A stretch of 64,000 bases of DNA from Treponemataceae bacterium (GCA_963667725.2 CAXXHO010000003.1:1632001-1696000), one strand, 5' to 3'; positions 25,389-36,671 are shown, counted from the first letter of the stretch. A program made the numbers and translations. Notes: a model not told the origin generated them from the letters alone.

Positions 25389-28085
25389 GTGAAGATAATG
25401 GGCAAAACGCTGCGGGTACTGAACATCGAAGATTCCGACAATGACGCGATTCTCACAAAGCATGCGCTGGAGAAGGGCGGTTATACGCTGGAATTCGAAA
25501 GGGTGAATACAGCCGAAGCCATGCAGGCCGCCCTGGGGACGAAGTATTGGGATCTCGTGCTTTCCGACTATCATCTTCCCCATTTCAGCGGCCTTCAGGC
25601 CATCGAGATACTGAAAAAAATGAATCTGGATCTCCCTTTCATCATCGTCTCAGGAGCCATAGGCGAAGAGACGGCGGTAGGAGCCATGAAAGCCGGAGCC
25701 CACGACTACATCATGAAGGGGCATCTTCAGCGCCTCGTGCCGGCGGTGGAGAGAGAGCTCCTGGAAGCGAGTGTCAGAGAGGAGCACAGAATCACCCTGG
25801 AGGAGCTCAAGGCCAATAAGGCGCAACTTTCCAACGCCCTGGAAATCGCTCATCTTGGCCACTGGGAATACGACGTTTCCAGGGACATTTTCACTTTCAA
25901 CGACCAATTCTACAAGCTTTTCAAGACCACGGCGGAAAATGTTGGCGGCTATACGATGAGTTCAGGGGAATACGCAAAGCGCTTCGTACATCCGGACGAC
26001 ATAGAAATCGTCACGCAGGAAACGCAAAGAGCCATTGAAACGAAAGATCCGAATTTCAGTAGACAGATCGAACACCGCATCCTGTACGAAGACGGGACGA
26101 TAGGCGATATCGCAGTACGCTTCTATATCATCAAGGACGAGCATGGGATTACGCTCAAGACATACGGCGTGAATCAGGACATCTCGGAAAGCAAAAAGGT
26201 TGAGCGCTCTCTCCGGGAAAGCGAAAGGAAATACCGTCTCATCACCGAGACTATCGCCGATGTTGTGTGGACCTGTGACCTTGATTTCAAGGTTACTTAT
26301 ATAAGCTCTTCTGCGGAAAAAATGTACGGAGAGCCCGTCAAGGTTCAGAAAAATCGTACCGCGGATGAGAGGTTCCCTCCCGAATCGCTCAAACAGCTAC
26401 GCGAAGTATTGTCCGAAGAACTTGAAAAAGAAACCGATGACTCGATCGATAAAAACAGATCACGGCTAATGGAAGTGCAGGGTTGCCGCGCTAACGGCAC
26501 GAAATTTTGGGTTTCCATGAATGTATCATTCCTTAGGGACGAGTGTGGAAAGGTTATTGGATTGCACGGAGTATCCCGCGATATCTCCGAACGCAAACGA
26601 AATGAGGATGAAATTCTTCGCAACGAGGCCAGACTGGAAGGCTTACTGAGGATCGCCCAACACAAGGCAGCTTCGATTCAGGAACTTCTCGATTACGCCC
26701 TTGAGGAAGCGATTCAACTAACCGACAGCAAGCTTGGCTATATTTATTTCTATGATGATGAAAGCAAGGAATTTACCCTCAACACATGGTCTAAAGAAGT
26801 CATGGATGAATGCAATATACCCAATGCTCCTAGAACCTACCGGCTGGAAATGACGGGGATTTGGGGCGAAGCGGTAAGGCAGGCTAAACCTATCATCCTC
26901 AATGATTTCCAATCTCCGCATCCTTTGAAAAAGGGGTACCCGGATGGACATGCGCGGATCTACAAATACTTAACCGTTCCGATCTTCTCGGGCGAGAAGA
27001 TCGTGGCGGTGGCCGGTGTGGCGAACAAAGCGGAGGACTACAACATCTCAGACGTCAGGCAGTTAACCTTGCTGATGGACTCGATATGGAGAATCCTCGA
27101 GGCAAAACGATTGACAGAGGCTCTGCTCAAGACTGAGGGAAAGTACCGAAGCATCTTCGACAATGCGCAGGAAGGCATTTTTCAGACGAATAAAGAAGGC
27201 AGATTTCTCACCGCGAACAAGGCGATGGCGACCATGGTCGGCTATACGTCTCCCGAGGATCTCATCGTCAATATCAAAAATATCGTATCGGAAATGTATG
27301 TCGTTCCCGCCGATCGATTCCGTTTATTGAAGGAGATCGATGAACAAAATTTCGTTAAGGGATATATCTGTCAGTATTATCGCCGGGACAGAAGCATCAT
27401 TTGGGTATCGATAGACCAGCACGCCGTCCGGGACAGCAAGGGGAATATTCTCCATTACGAGGGCTTCTGCGAAGATATCACCGAGCGACAATTGAGCACC
27501 GAGCGCCTGCGGAAGGCGTTGGGAGCCACGGTCTCCGCAATCTCCGCCGCCGTCGAAGCCAGGGATCCTTATACGGCGGGGCATCAGAGCCGGGCGGCTA
27601 GCCTGGCTCAAGCGATCGGCGCGGAGATAGGTTTATCCGCCGATCGTATTGAGGGAATTCGCCTGGCCGCATCCATTCACGATCTCGGAAAACTGTCCGT
27701 TCCAGCCGAAATTCTGACAAAACCCAAAAAATTGCTAAAGATAGAGTCCGATCTCATCAAGATTCATTCCCAAGCCGGGTATGACATTCTTAAGGATATC
27801 GAGTTCCCGTGGCCGATCGCGCGTATCGTCCTGGAACATCATGAGCGTATGGATGGATCAGGTTATCCGCACAATCTGGCGGGGGATCAAATACTGCTGG
27901 AGTCCCGGATCGTGGCAGTCGCCGATGTCGTTGAGTCGATGGCTACCTATCGTCCTTATCGACCGGCCTTGGGAATTGAGGCGGCTCTCGATGAGATCGA
28001 CAAGAATAAGGGGCTCCTCTATGACAGGGATGTCGTGGAAGGTTGCCTGCGATTATTCCGCGAGAAAAGGTACAGTCTCGCATAA
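25389..28085 (+). CDS. REC-PAS-PAS-GAF-PAS-HD-GYP signalling protein
   Basis: IEDS/LSDY/KAGAHDY receiver; IHDLGK and HHERMDGSGYP. Confidence 0.92.
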   Translation: MKIMGKTLRVLNIEDSDNDAILTKHALEKGGYTLEFERVNTAEAMQAALGTKYWDLVLSDYHLPHFSGLQAIEILKKMNLDLPFIIVSGAIGEETAVGAMKAGAHDYIMKGHLQRLVPAVERELLEASVREEHRITLEELKANKAQLSNALEIAHLGHWEYDVSRDIFTFNDQFYKLFKTTAENVGGYTMSSGEYAKRFVHPDDIEIVTQETQRAIETKDPNFSRQIEHRILYEDGTIGDIAVRFYIIKDEHGITLKTYGVNQDISESKKVERSLRESERKYRLITETIADVVWTCDLDFKVTYISSSAEKMYGEPVKVQKNRTADERFPPESLKQLREVLSEELEKETDDSIDKNRSRLMEVQGCRANGTKFWVSMNVSFLRDECGKVIGLHGVSRDISERKRNEDEILRNEARLEGLLRIAQHKAASIQELLDYALEEAIQLTDSKLGYIYFYDDESKEFTLNTWSKEVMDECNIPNAPRTYRLEMTGIWGEAVRQAKPIILNDFQSPHPLKKGYPDGHARIYKYLTVPIFSGEKIVAVAGVANKAEDYNISDVRQLTLLMDSIWRILEAKRLTEALLKTEGKYRSIFDNAQEGIFQTNKEGRFLTANKAMATMVGYTSPEDLIVNIKNIVSEMYVVPADRFRLLKEIDEQNFVKGYICQYYRRDRSIIWVSIDQHAVRDSKGNILHYEGFCEDITERQLSTERLRKALGATVSAISAAVEARDPYTAGHQSRAASLAQAIGAEIGLSADRIEGIRLAASIHDLGKLSVPAEILTKPKKLLKIESDLIKIHSQAGYDILKDIEFPWPIARIVLEHHERMDGSGYPHNLAGDQILLESRIVAVADVVESMATYRPYRPALGIEAALDEIDKNKGLLYDRDVVEGCLRLFREKRYSLA

Positions 28086-28182
28086 ATAGGCTTTTGCCAT
28101 GATGACGGGGCAGGGTTCGCTTTCAGGAAAATGTGAACTGATCCGGATTGCTAAGTTCAAGGTGAAGCAATAATCCCCTCAG

Positions 28183-29346
28183 CTAAATCTGGCATGCCTT
28201 TTTCGGAAGTCCGATAGCGAGTATCACCGCGGCGGCGAGCGAAAGGAAAGCGCCCAACGCGAACGGAACCACAGGACCAAATATATTCCACAAGAAACCA
28301 GCGATCACGCTCGCGGGAAGCAGCGCGATTCCGACGATCGTAGAATGAAGGCCGAGCACGGTGCCCTTAAGTTCCTTGGGCGCGATCTCAGCTATGAAGG
28401 CGCGTTCGACGCCGGCCGTCATGGCGGTGAAGACTCCGTACAAGGCGAAAGCCGCGACGATGACCGCTTTACCTGTGGCCCAGGCAAAGCCTGCGTACAC
28501 GATCGCGAATGTCACATACCCGGCGACCAGCACCCATTTTCTCCCGACGCGGTCGGATATCCTGCCGAGCGGTATGGAAAGAAGGGAGGTGACGATGTTG
28601 TACAGGAAATACAGCAGCACCACCGTGGCCGAATCGAACCCCATGTTTTTTGCCCGCAGGAGCAGGAAGGTGTTCGAGGAATTGCCGAGGGTAAAGATGA
28701 ACACGACAACCAGATAGAGTTTCAGGCGCGAATCGAGATTCCGGAGACTGCTAAAGACGTTGAGCGGCGCCTTTGACTCGCGCGGTTTGTGCGTCTCCTT
28801 GATGAATATGAACATGAAGAGGGCGGCGAGCGTCGGAATGGCCGAAAGCAGGAAAATTCGCTTGTACGCGAATTCGCCGTTGCCGGTCTTCATTATGAAA
28901 AACGCGAGGAGAATGCCCGCCGCGGATCCGGCCATGTCGAGAGCCTTATGAAGGCCAAACGAGTGCCCAAGCTTTTTCGAATCGCTGCTCTCGCTGACAA
29001 GCACATCGCGCGGTGCCGTCCTGATGCCTTTTCCGAAGCGATCGATGACCCGCGCGGCAAGCACGCCCACCCAGGAACTGGCGAAAATGAGGGCCAGCTT
29101 ATATATAAGTCCCGTGGAATAGCCGAAGAAGGCGATGGGCTTTTTCTTCCGGTATTTATCCGTGGCGTAGCCGCTGAATACCTTGAGGAGGCTCGCGAGG
29201 CTTTCGGCGATTCCCTCGATCACGCCGACGAGAGCGGGCGTGGCGCCGAATACGGTCGTCAGATACATGGGAATGAGGGGATAGACCATCTCGGTGCTCA
29301 GATCGGCGAAAAAGCTGACAAGCCCAATAAATATTACGTTGTTCAT
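28183..29346 (-). CDS. MFS transporter
   Basis: Multiple TM helices; DRFGKGIRTAPRD and GRISDRVGRK motifs. Confidence 0.9.
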   Translation of the reverse strand: MNNVIFIGLVSFFADLSTEMVYPLIPMYLTTVFGATPALVGVIEGIAESLASLLKVFSGYATDKYRKKKPIAFFGYSTGLIYKLALIFASSWVGVLAARVIDRFGKGIRTAPRDVLVSESSDSKKLGHSFGLHKALDMAGSAAGILLAFFIMKTGNGEFAYKRIFLLSAIPTLAALFMFIFIKETHKPRESKAPLNVFSSLRNLDSRLKLYLVVVFIFTLGNSSNTFLLLRAKNMGFDSATVVLLYFLYNIVTSLLSIPLGRISDRVGRKWVLVAGYVTFAIVYAGFAWATGKAVIVAAFALYGVFTAMTAGVERAFIAEIAPKELKGTVLGLHSTIVGIALLPASVIAGFLWNIFGPVVPFALGAFLSLAAAVILAIGLPKKACQI

Positions 29347-29348
29347 CG

Positions 29349-30119
29349 TTAGGTCAACCTTTCGGGTACAGTATAGACGATAGGCGACGCGGCGCCGATC
29401 CTTCCGACGAGGGTCAGTCTCTTGTCGACCGCGAGCGAAAACGCAGCCGTCGTGGGAATGCTTCGCGAAACCACGAGGGGAATGCCCGCAGCGACAGCCT
29501 TGGCCGCCATGTCCGCGGCGATGCGGCCGGAACTGATGAGGCAGCATCGCGAAAAATCCACTTTTTCTCGGAGGCCGCGGCCTATGGCTTTGTCAACGGC
29601 GTTGTGTCGGCCAACGTCTTCAAAGACGAAGACGGACCCATCCTCGGGGACGAGAGCGGCGCAGTGTATGCCGCCTGTCGTTTTGTAGAGCCTGGCCTGG
29701 TCGAACATCTCCCGGGCCCAATCGCGCAGGGATGCCATGGCGAAGATCCGCGATGAAGAAAGACGGGCGAGCCTATCGCTATAGATAATCGAAGCCGAAC
29801 CCGCGCCGCAGGCCGAGGGAACGACGGCAAAGCCAGTCTCGCGGGCGATATCATGGGTACATTTGATGTGCACGCGCGAATTATCGGGACAAACCCACAG
29901 ACTCAAGACTTCGTCCATGGAAGCTATGAGTCCGCCGCTGAAAAGGTGGCCCAAGGCGAGAACCTCCAGATCGAAGGGACTGCACATTAGCGTAACAAGG
30001 TCTCTTCCATTTACCTCGAGGGTGACGGCGCTTTCCGGAGCCAGGAGGCGATTTCTGGAATCGGGAAACGAATCGATGTCCGAAGTCGATGAAACGTCCA
30101 TATAGCGGCTTGCGTCCAT
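29349..30119 (-). CDS. fdhD: Formate dehydrogenase accessory sulfurtransferase
   Basis: TGGIHCAAL, EDVGRHNAVDKAIG and SSGRI motifs. Confidence 0.9.
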   Translation of the reverse strand: MDASRYMDVSSTSDIDSFPDSRNRLLAPESAVTLEVNGRDLVTLMCSPFDLEVLALGHLFSGGLIASMDEVLSLWVCPDNSRVHIKCTHDIARETGFAVVPSACGAGSASIIYSDRLARLSSSRIFAMASLRDWAREMFDQARLYKTTGGIHCAALVPEDGSVFVFEDVGRHNAVDKAIGRGLREKVDFSRCCLISSGRIAADMAAKAVAAGIPLVVSRSIPTTAAFSLAVDKRLTLVGRIGAASPIVYTVPERLT

Positions 30120-30238
30120 TCGGCAATCCTCCCTGGGTCGCGAGGCATAGTATAGCCTCCCTGGATGAGGCCGAACAGTTCTCTCCCAAGCGTCACGAAG
30201 CCCTGAAGGATCTATGACGCATGGAAACACGCTCAGCC

Positions 30239-31177
30239 TCACTTTGCGCGTCCGGCGCCCCGCTTTAGCAGCATCGAATTGATCGCCAAGCCGGCGAGGA
30301 GAAGCAGCGTGCCTAGGAGCTTGCGCAGTTCCAGATTTCCCGCTTTGGAGTAATCGATGAGAATGCCGGCGAGGGCCTGGCCGGAAAAAACGAGCAGGGT
30401 GGCGGAAAAAGCCTTTATCCGCGGAAAAATGAGATTCATCGATGTCACGACCACGACTCCCATAGTGCCGCCCCCGAGGGCGAGAAAGGGGCCGGCGGCC
30501 TTCACGGAACGCAGCGAGCCGCCGATATCGGGCCTCGCCGCGGCCACGATGGCCAAGGTCGTCGCGAGACCGACGATATAGTTGGTGCGCGTGCTCCGCA
30601 GAACGCCGATTTTACGGCCAAGCTCGGAGTTGAGGGTGAAGGAGAGCGCTGGTATCGCTCCCGACACGAGAGCCGCCATCATCGCGAGAATGTCGGCGCG
30701 CCAGCGTCCGCCCGCCATCACCATCACGCCGGAAAGCGCCAATGCCAACCCGGGCAGGCTGCGGAGGCTCAAGGGATATTTTTTTCGGCCAAGGAATCCC
30801 GCGGCGTCTATCGCGACAGAACAGAGGGTCTGGCCGAGAAGAGCGAGCGCGACCGCCAGGGACGCGCCGAGAACGCCGAACGCGTAGTTGTTGGAAAACA
30901 CCGTACCGACGCCGATAAACCCTCCGAGATAATTGTAGAAGGGAAGACGGTCCGGCAGTTTCGGCAGATCCGACTGCCCTGGCAGCCTCGGCAGTCCCGC
31001 CCGCCGAACCCTCCGCGGTTCACGCCTTGCCAGAAGGACGATGGAAACCGCGACAAGTCCCGCTACATGTATGGCAAGCGCCGCCACCAAATTACCGGTG
31101 ATCGCGGAAAGACGGCTGTTCAGACCGTTCATGATCGTGATGAGAGCGCCGACGAAAGGCGCTAGCGCGCTGTACAT
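30239..31177 (-). CDS. DMT-family transporter (YdcZ-like)
   Basis: Two hydrophobic repeats with GQ...ID..G motifs. Confidence 0.8.
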   Translation of the reverse strand: MYSALAPFVGALITIMNGLNSRLSAITGNLVAALAIHVAGLVAVSIVLLARREPRRVRRAGLPRLPGQSDLPKLPDRLPFYNYLGGFIGVGTVFSNNYAFGVLGASLAVALALLGQTLCSVAIDAAGFLGRKKYPLSLRSLPGLALALSGVMVMAGGRWRADILAMMAALVSGAIPALSFTLNSELGRKIGVLRSTRTNYIVGLATTLAIVAAARPDIGGSLRSVKAAGPFLALGGGTMGVVVVTSMNLIFPRIKAFSATLLVFSGQALAGILIDYSKAGNLELRKLLGTLLLLAGLAINSMLLKRGAGRAK

Positions 31178-31269
31178 ATGCTGTGCTCCTTTTCCATACC
31201 TCTAGTATCCCACTATACTTGAGACAGCAATAGGACATATGTCCTATAATCGAAAAAAAGGGGCACAAA

Positions 31270-31971
31270 GTGGAAATAGTGGAGAACTACGCGCGGCGGT
31301 ACTCTCTCGACAGGCTTCTCTCCGCCGATCTCGTCGAGGCATTGTTTCCGCTTCAGCGAAAGCCGGGCGAATACATCATTGTGGCCGGCGATCCGGTGCG
31401 CGATCTCCTGTTCTTCGTGGAAGGCAGGAGCAAGGCCTACAACACCTTGGACAACGGCGCGAGCATTCTTGCCGCTTTCTACGCGCCCTTCGATGTCTTC
31501 GGCGAAGCCGAGCTCTTTTCATCGGAGCGCTACGCGCTGAGCGTGGAGGCCATCTCGGAAACGGTCTGTCTCGGGCTCCCGATCGCGGCCATCAAAAAAG
31601 CCGCCGGGCGCAATGAACAGCTATTCATGTACCTCTGCGGCAGGCTGGGCGCAAAGCTCCTGGACCGCAACCTCGCCGAATCGATAAATTTGCGTTATCC
31701 GGTGGAAAGCCGTCTGGCCAGCTACCTCCTCGCCTCGACGGACTCAGAGGGTCGCATCCTCGGAACGGACAATCTCGGGGAACTTGCCGATTATCTCGGG
31801 GCCAGCTACCGTCAGCTCGCGCGGATCGTGCGCCGGTTCCGGGACGAGGGCGTCATGGAGACGGCGAGAGGCCGAATCAGGGTCCTGGACAGGACGAGAC
31901 TCGAGCCTCTCGCCGGCGATTTGTACAGGCACACGGGCAGCCGCCTCTCCCCTCAGGCCTTCCTCAAATGA
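31270..31971 (+). CDS. Crp/Fnr-family transcriptional regulator
   Basis: FGEAELF cNMP domain; ELADYLGASYRQLAR HTH. Confidence 0.88.
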   Translation: MEIVENYARRYSLDRLLSADLVEALFPLQRKPGEYIIVAGDPVRDLLFFVEGRSKAYNTLDNGASILAAFYAPFDVFGEAELFSSERYALSVEAISETVCLGLPIAAIKKAAGRNEQLFMYLCGRLGAKLLDRNLAESINLRYPVESRLASYLLASTDSEGRILGTDNLGELADYLGASYRQLARIVRRFRDEGVMETARGRIRVLDRTRLEPLAGDLYRHTGSRLSPQAFLK

Positions 31972-32019
31972 CCGTCTCGCCGTCGGGGAAGGCCCGGGCT
32001 CGACCGCTTCAGCGAAGCC

Positions 32020-33243
32020 TCACTCGATCTCCTCGATCGCTAGGGGGAATTTGGAGAGCGGCTCGCAACCTTCTTTCCCTATGAGGATGGGATTTTCATA
32101 GCGGAAGCCCACTCCCTCGTCGGGAGCGGCGTACTGCATGGCGCAGATGAGGAGTTCGCCCGCCTTGTAGGCGTGATCGGGGTCGGTCCAATAGGGGAAA
32201 GGGCCCTCGTCGGCGCGCCCTATCCGCCATTCGTCGCCGAAAAGGCCGATGCCGTGCTCGCAGCCCGGGAGCAGGAAGTCGGCGCAGCCAAGGGTTTCGG
32301 CTCGGTCCATCATCGCCATCTGAAGAGATGAGGGCGTGGCGCCTTCCTTGTAGTTGTCGAGGACGGTGGAGACGAGATCGACGAAGTTGTCCGCGTGCCG
32401 TCGCAGGCGCGCGCTGGCCGGTCCTATCAGGTAGTTGTGCGAGTGGTCGCCCAGGGCGAGCATGAACATCGAGTGAAAGTCCAGCATGAGCGGCTCTCCC
32501 GAGCGGAATTCCCGCGTCGTGGGAGGCGTGCACGCGCCGAGACCCGTGCGGTATCCTGAGGAAATCTCGTTCAAGCCTGCGAAGTTCCATTCGGAGACGG
32601 AGCCTGAACGGCGCATAGCCAAAGCGGCGATTCCCGCGATCTCGGTCTCGGTCATGCCGCGCCAGCCACCGTGCTCCAGCGCCGCGCGGGCCGCCTTCTG
32701 CCCTTCGTCGACGATGCGCGAAGCCTCCCGGAAACGGGCGATCGTACCGGAATCCTTGATGAAGGAGAGTTCGTCCACGATTCCATGCGCGTTGATAAGT
32801 TCCCAGCCGGGTAAGGCAACCTTCAGGGCTTCCCATTCGTAATGGCTCAGGTTCCCCTCGGGGGTGTAGCTGGAGATGCCATCCTCGACGCCGAGCCTTC
32901 CCGCCGCGATGCCGAATTCATCCACCAATACCGATGAAATGACCGACATCTGATCCTGACCGCCCATGGGCGCGTAAGCCCTGACGTTGTCCGAAGGCAG
33001 CCAGGTCTCATCAGCCACCCTGGCCGCGTCGACGATGAAGGTGAAGAGCACGGGGGTCCCTTCCCCCGGGATTACGAGATAGCTGCGCCAGGGGCAGAAT
33101 GCGTCCAGCACGAAGCTCAAGGTCCTCGGTCTCGTGCCCAGGTACGCGTCGATTCCCTTTTCGGCCATCGATTTCTGGATGGCGCGAACTCGGGCGGGGT
33201 TATCGATCCAATACTGACTTGCGCGATCTATTGTTCTTGGCAT
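32020..33243 (-). CDS. M24-family (Xaa-Pro-like) peptidase
   Basis: TETEIA, EHGIGL and GFRYEN motifs. Confidence 0.75.
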   Translation of the reverse strand: MPRTIDRASQYWIDNPARVRAIQKSMAEKGIDAYLGTRPRTLSFVLDAFCPWRSYLVIPGEGTPVLFTFIVDAARVADETWLPSDNVRAYAPMGGQDQMSVISSVLVDEFGIAAGRLGVEDGISSYTPEGNLSHYEWEALKVALPGWELINAHGIVDELSFIKDSGTIARFREASRIVDEGQKAARAALEHGGWRGMTETEIAGIAALAMRRSGSVSEWNFAGLNEISSGYRTGLGACTPPTTREFRSGEPLMLDFHSMFMLALGDHSHNYLIGPASARLRRHADNFVDLVSTVLDNYKEGATPSSLQMAMMDRAETLGCADFLLPGCEHGIGLFGDEWRIGRADEGPFPYWTDPDHAYKAGELLICAMQYAAPDEGVGFRYENPILIGKEGCEPLSKFPLAIEEIE

Positions 33244-33252
33244 GTTGAGCTC

Positions 33253-33654
33253 CTAATAATCGGTCGGGATGCCCGCGAGCACCTTGTTCACTCGATCGGC
33301 GAGAGGCGCCAGGCGAACAGCCTTGGCCATGTTGCCGCGAAGCTTGAGTTTGCCCGTCATGAGAGCCCTGGTCGAACTTAGTTCGCCCCGGGTTATCGCC
33401 GCGAAGGTCTCGTATGTTCCCCTGATCGAGAACTCTGCCGCCGGGGCCTGCCCCGCGCCAGTCTCGAAACGAGTCACCTTCCCCTCTGCGCATTCGAGAA
33501 AGAGGTACATTTCCCCCCCGCCAGGGCATGCTTCGTAGATGTCCGCCATCGACGTGCTCACGCCGTTCATCTTGCTCGTGTCGAGCTCTGCCGTCAGGCG
33601 CGCGAGACCCGCGTCGCGCCACTCGGGCCCGAGATAGGCCAATTTCTCTTTCAT
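33253..33654 (-). CDS. SCP2 sterol-carrier domain protein
   Basis: ALMTGKLKLRGNM motif. Confidence 0.85.
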   Translation of the reverse strand: MKEKLAYLGPEWRDAGLARLTAELDTSKMNGVSTSMADIYEACPGGGEMYLFLECAEGKVTRFETGAGQAPAAEFSIRGTYETFAAITRGELSSTRALMTGKLKLRGNMAKAVRLAPLADRVNKVLAGIPTDY

Positions 33655-33657
33655 GAT

Positions 33658-34314
33658 TCAGTCCCCCTTATCGCTTTGTATCATTGAGGCCTCGGTCACG
33701 GCCCGCGCGGGATCGCGGACGCGCAGCCCGTTGAGCACGAGATCGAGGCTCTGTTCGAAAAGAAGCGTTTCGCCGGCTTCTTCCTCCACATAGGCTTTTT
33801 CTATGAAGAGTTGATAGAGAGAAAAGAGAACGCGCGCGGCGATGCGGGGATCGGGGACGGCAAAGGCGCCGACCACCATTCCTTCGCGGATGAAACGTTC
33901 GAGGATGTCCACCGAACGGCGGTTGATCGCTTCGAAAGGATCCTCGGCGTCCACGACGGGAAAGAGAGCCGGGTCCCCGGCGAGAATCCTGCGCAGGCGG
34001 GGCTCGCCAGCCAGATGCCGGAACGCGGTCAAGCAGAGAAGCCTAAATCGCTCCAGCGGATCGCCGGAAGCCTCGGCGGCCTGCACCGCCTCCGCCTGCC
34101 ACGACTCGAAAGCGTACTTCACCGCCTTACGGTAGAGGTCCTGCTTGTCGTGGGCGTAGCGATACAAGGTGCCGACCGCCAGCCCAAGGCGCTTCGCGAT
34201 ATCTTCCATGCATGCCTTGCGGAATCCGAATTCCGCGAACACATCGAGCGCGGCCTCATAGATGATCGTCTGTTTTTGGTTCCGCTTTTGTGAATTTATG
34301 AATTTTTCGCTCAC
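33658..34314 (-). CDS. TetR-family regulator
   Basis: AALDVFAEFGF...MEDIAKRLGLAVGTLYRY. Confidence 0.9.
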   Translation of the reverse strand: MSEKFINSQKRNQKQTIIYEAALDVFAEFGFRKACMEDIAKRLGLAVGTLYRYAHDKQDLYRKAVKYAFESWQAEAVQAAEASGDPLERFRLLCLTAFRHLAGEPRLRRILAGDPALFPVVDAEDPFEAINRRSVDILERFIREGMVVGAFAVPDPRIAARVLFSLYQLFIEKAYVEEEAGETLLFEQSLDLVLNGLRVRDPARAVTEASMIQSDKGD

Positions 34315-34438
34315 ATATTCATTTTTATCTCATTTACGCGGATTGTCAATGAAAATTGACGCCGCGAAAATGAAAAACCGCGATGAAAGGACAAAACCCG
34401 CGTTTATGGTCTCATTCTTGACAGTCCCGGCGATCGGG

Positions 34439-35740
34439 TCAACGCTCGCGAAGGATGAGGTCCTCGTATGTTTCGCGACGCACCGAAAGGCGATGTGAAC
34501 CATCCTTGGTCATGACGACGGCGGGACGGGGAATGCGATTATAGTTCGAGGCCATGGAGTGGTTGTAGGCTCCCGTGGAGAAAACGGCGAGGATGTCGCC
34601 CGGTTCTGGATCGGGCAGGTCGAGGTCGCGTATGAGGATATCCCCCGTTTCGCAGCACTTGCCCACTACCGTCACCGTGGTTCCGCTCGCCCGATCCGCC
34701 TTATTGGCGCAGAGGGCGTGGTATTTCGCCTCGTAGAGAGCCGGGCGGATGTTGTCGGCCATGCCCCCGTCGACGCCGACGTAGGTGCGAATGTCGGGTA
34801 TCGTCTTGACTGAACGGAGAGTATAAAGGGTGATGCCCGCTTCGCCGATGATCCAGCGGCCCGGTTCGATCGTCACTCTGGGCACGGGGATTCCCGCTTC
34901 TTCGGCGGAGGCGCGGACCAGCTCCATCATGGGATCGATGAAGTAGCCGAGGCTCAGCTCGGGATCGCCGGGGAGATAGCGGATGCCGAAGCCTCCGCCG
35001 AGGTTGAGCTCTGAAGTCGCATAACCATAGCCGTTCTTTACGTCGGCCATGAGTTTCAGCGCTATCCGCAGGGCCGCGAGATGAGAAAAGTTGTCGTGGA
35101 GCTGGGATCCTATATGGAAATGAAAACCCCTGAAGTCTATATGCGGCGCGTCCAGCACGGCGCGCATATAGAGGTCGCGCAACGATGGGTCGAGGGGAAT
35201 CCCGAACTTGGAATCCAGGCTTCCGGTGGAAATGAAGCGATGCGTATGGCTGTCGACGCCCGGCGTGATCCTGTAGAGAACCTTAACCTTTTTGCCGTAG
35301 AGCGCCCCCAGCCTTTCGATTTCCTGGATTTCGAAGAGGTTGTCTGATACTATGCGCCCGACATTGGAGCGTATGGCATAATCGAGTTCGTCGGCCGCCT
35401 TGGCGTTGCCGTGGAAAAAGATGGTTTCCGGGTCCACGCCTGCCTTGAGCGCCGCGTAGAGCTCGCCGCCTGAGACGACGTCCAGCCCCAAGCCTTCATC
35501 GGCGACGATTCTGCACATGTCGAGAGTCTGGAAGGCCTTGCTCGCGTAGACCGCCGAAGTATTGGGATACTTTTCCAGAAACGCCGATCTGATGAGGCCG
35601 CAGCGTTCCCTCACCATGGATTCGGAAACCACGTAGAGGGGAGTACCGTAATGAGCGGCCAGTTCCGTGGCGTCGACGCCATCGAAATAAAGCTTGCTTC
35701 CGCAGATTTCCGCGCGGGAATTGAATCCTGATATGCTCAT
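34439..35740 (-). CDS. lysA: Diaminopimelate decarboxylase
   Basis: YASKA, HFHIGSQ, LNLGGGFG, EPGR and CETGD motifs. Confidence 0.95.
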   Translation of the reverse strand: MSISGFNSRAEICGSKLYFDGVDATELAAHYGTPLYVVSESMVRERCGLIRSAFLEKYPNTSAVYASKAFQTLDMCRIVADEGLGLDVVSGGELYAALKAGVDPETIFFHGNAKAADELDYAIRSNVGRIVSDNLFEIQEIERLGALYGKKVKVLYRITPGVDSHTHRFISTGSLDSKFGIPLDPSLRDLYMRAVLDAPHIDFRGFHFHIGSQLHDNFSHLAALRIALKLMADVKNGYGYATSELNLGGGFGIRYLPGDPELSLGYFIDPMMELVRASAEEAGIPVPRVTIEPGRWIIGEAGITLYTLRSVKTIPDIRTYVGVDGGMADNIRPALYEAKYHALCANKADRASGTTVTVVGKCCETGDILIRDLDLPDPEPGDILAVFSTGAYNHSMASNYNRIPRPAVVMTKDGSHRLSVRRETYEDLILRER

Positions 35741-35897
35741 GGACGCATTGTACACGATCCCCGGGCGAAGATTAAGTACGGAATCCTCCCGCGAGGATTA
35801 TGTTCGCCGAAATATTTTCAATATGGAAAATCCGGCGGCGAGCGGGTATACTTCGCCCAACATCGCCGACGGCGACGCTTTTATCCGGGGGATGACC

Positions 35898-36614
35898 ATG
35901 AAACCACGCATCGGACTCACCACCTTCATCGATCCGCAGGCGCGGGCGAATTACGTATCGCTCAGAGAACACTATACCCGTTCGGTCAGGGACTCGGGCG
36001 GCATCCCCTTTCCCATTCCTCTCGTCGAGGACGCGGGGATGGCCGAGGATTATGTCTCGAACATCGATGGCCTCCTCCTGACGGGAGGCAAGGATATCGA
36101 TCCCGCGTATTATGGCCAGGAGCCCCTTGTCGGGATCGGCCCCTTCGGCGCGGGACGCGACGCATGGGAGTTGGCGCTGTTCGCCGCGGCGGCCAGGAAA
36201 GCCTTGCCTATCTTCGGGATCTGCAGAGGATGTCAGCTCATCAACGTGGCGATGGGAGGAACGCTTTTTCAGGATCTGAAAACGCAGCGGCCGGGCACGA
36301 ACGCACACAGTCCTGAGGATTTCCCCGTGGACAGGCTCTACCATTCCGTCGAACTCAAGGAAGGATCGACGCTGTATCGCGCCTTCGGAAAAAATTCCCT
36401 GCGGGTGAACAGCTTTCATCATCAGGCCGTCAGGGATCTGGCCCCGGGACTGAAGGCCTCTGCTTTTGCCGCCGACGGCGTCCTGGAAGGTTTCGAGGCG
36501 ACGGACGCTTCGCGCTTTCTCGTCGCCGTGCAGTTCCATCCGGAAAGCCTCACGCTGAGATTTCCGGAATTTCTCGCGATTTTCAGGACGTTTGTGGAGG
36601 CTTGCGGAGGATGA
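35898..36614 (+). CDS. Peptidase C26 / gamma-glutamyl hydrolase family
   Basis: GICRGCQ, VNSFHHQAV and VQFHPE motifs. Confidence 0.9.
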   Translation: MKPRIGLTTFIDPQARANYVSLREHYTRSVRDSGGIPFPIPLVEDAGMAEDYVSNIDGLLLTGGKDIDPAYYGQEPLVGIGPFGAGRDAWELALFAAAARKALPIFGICRGCQLINVAMGGTLFQDLKTQRPGTNAHSPEDFPVDRLYHSVELKEGSTLYRAFGKNSLRVNSFHHQAVRDLAPGLKASAFAADGVLEGFEATDASRFLVAVQFHPESLTLRFPEFLAIFRTFVEACGG

Positions 36615-36671
36615 AGAGTATGATCCGGCTCTGGAAGCCTCCATCTAGACCGTATTCCATCTAGACAATTT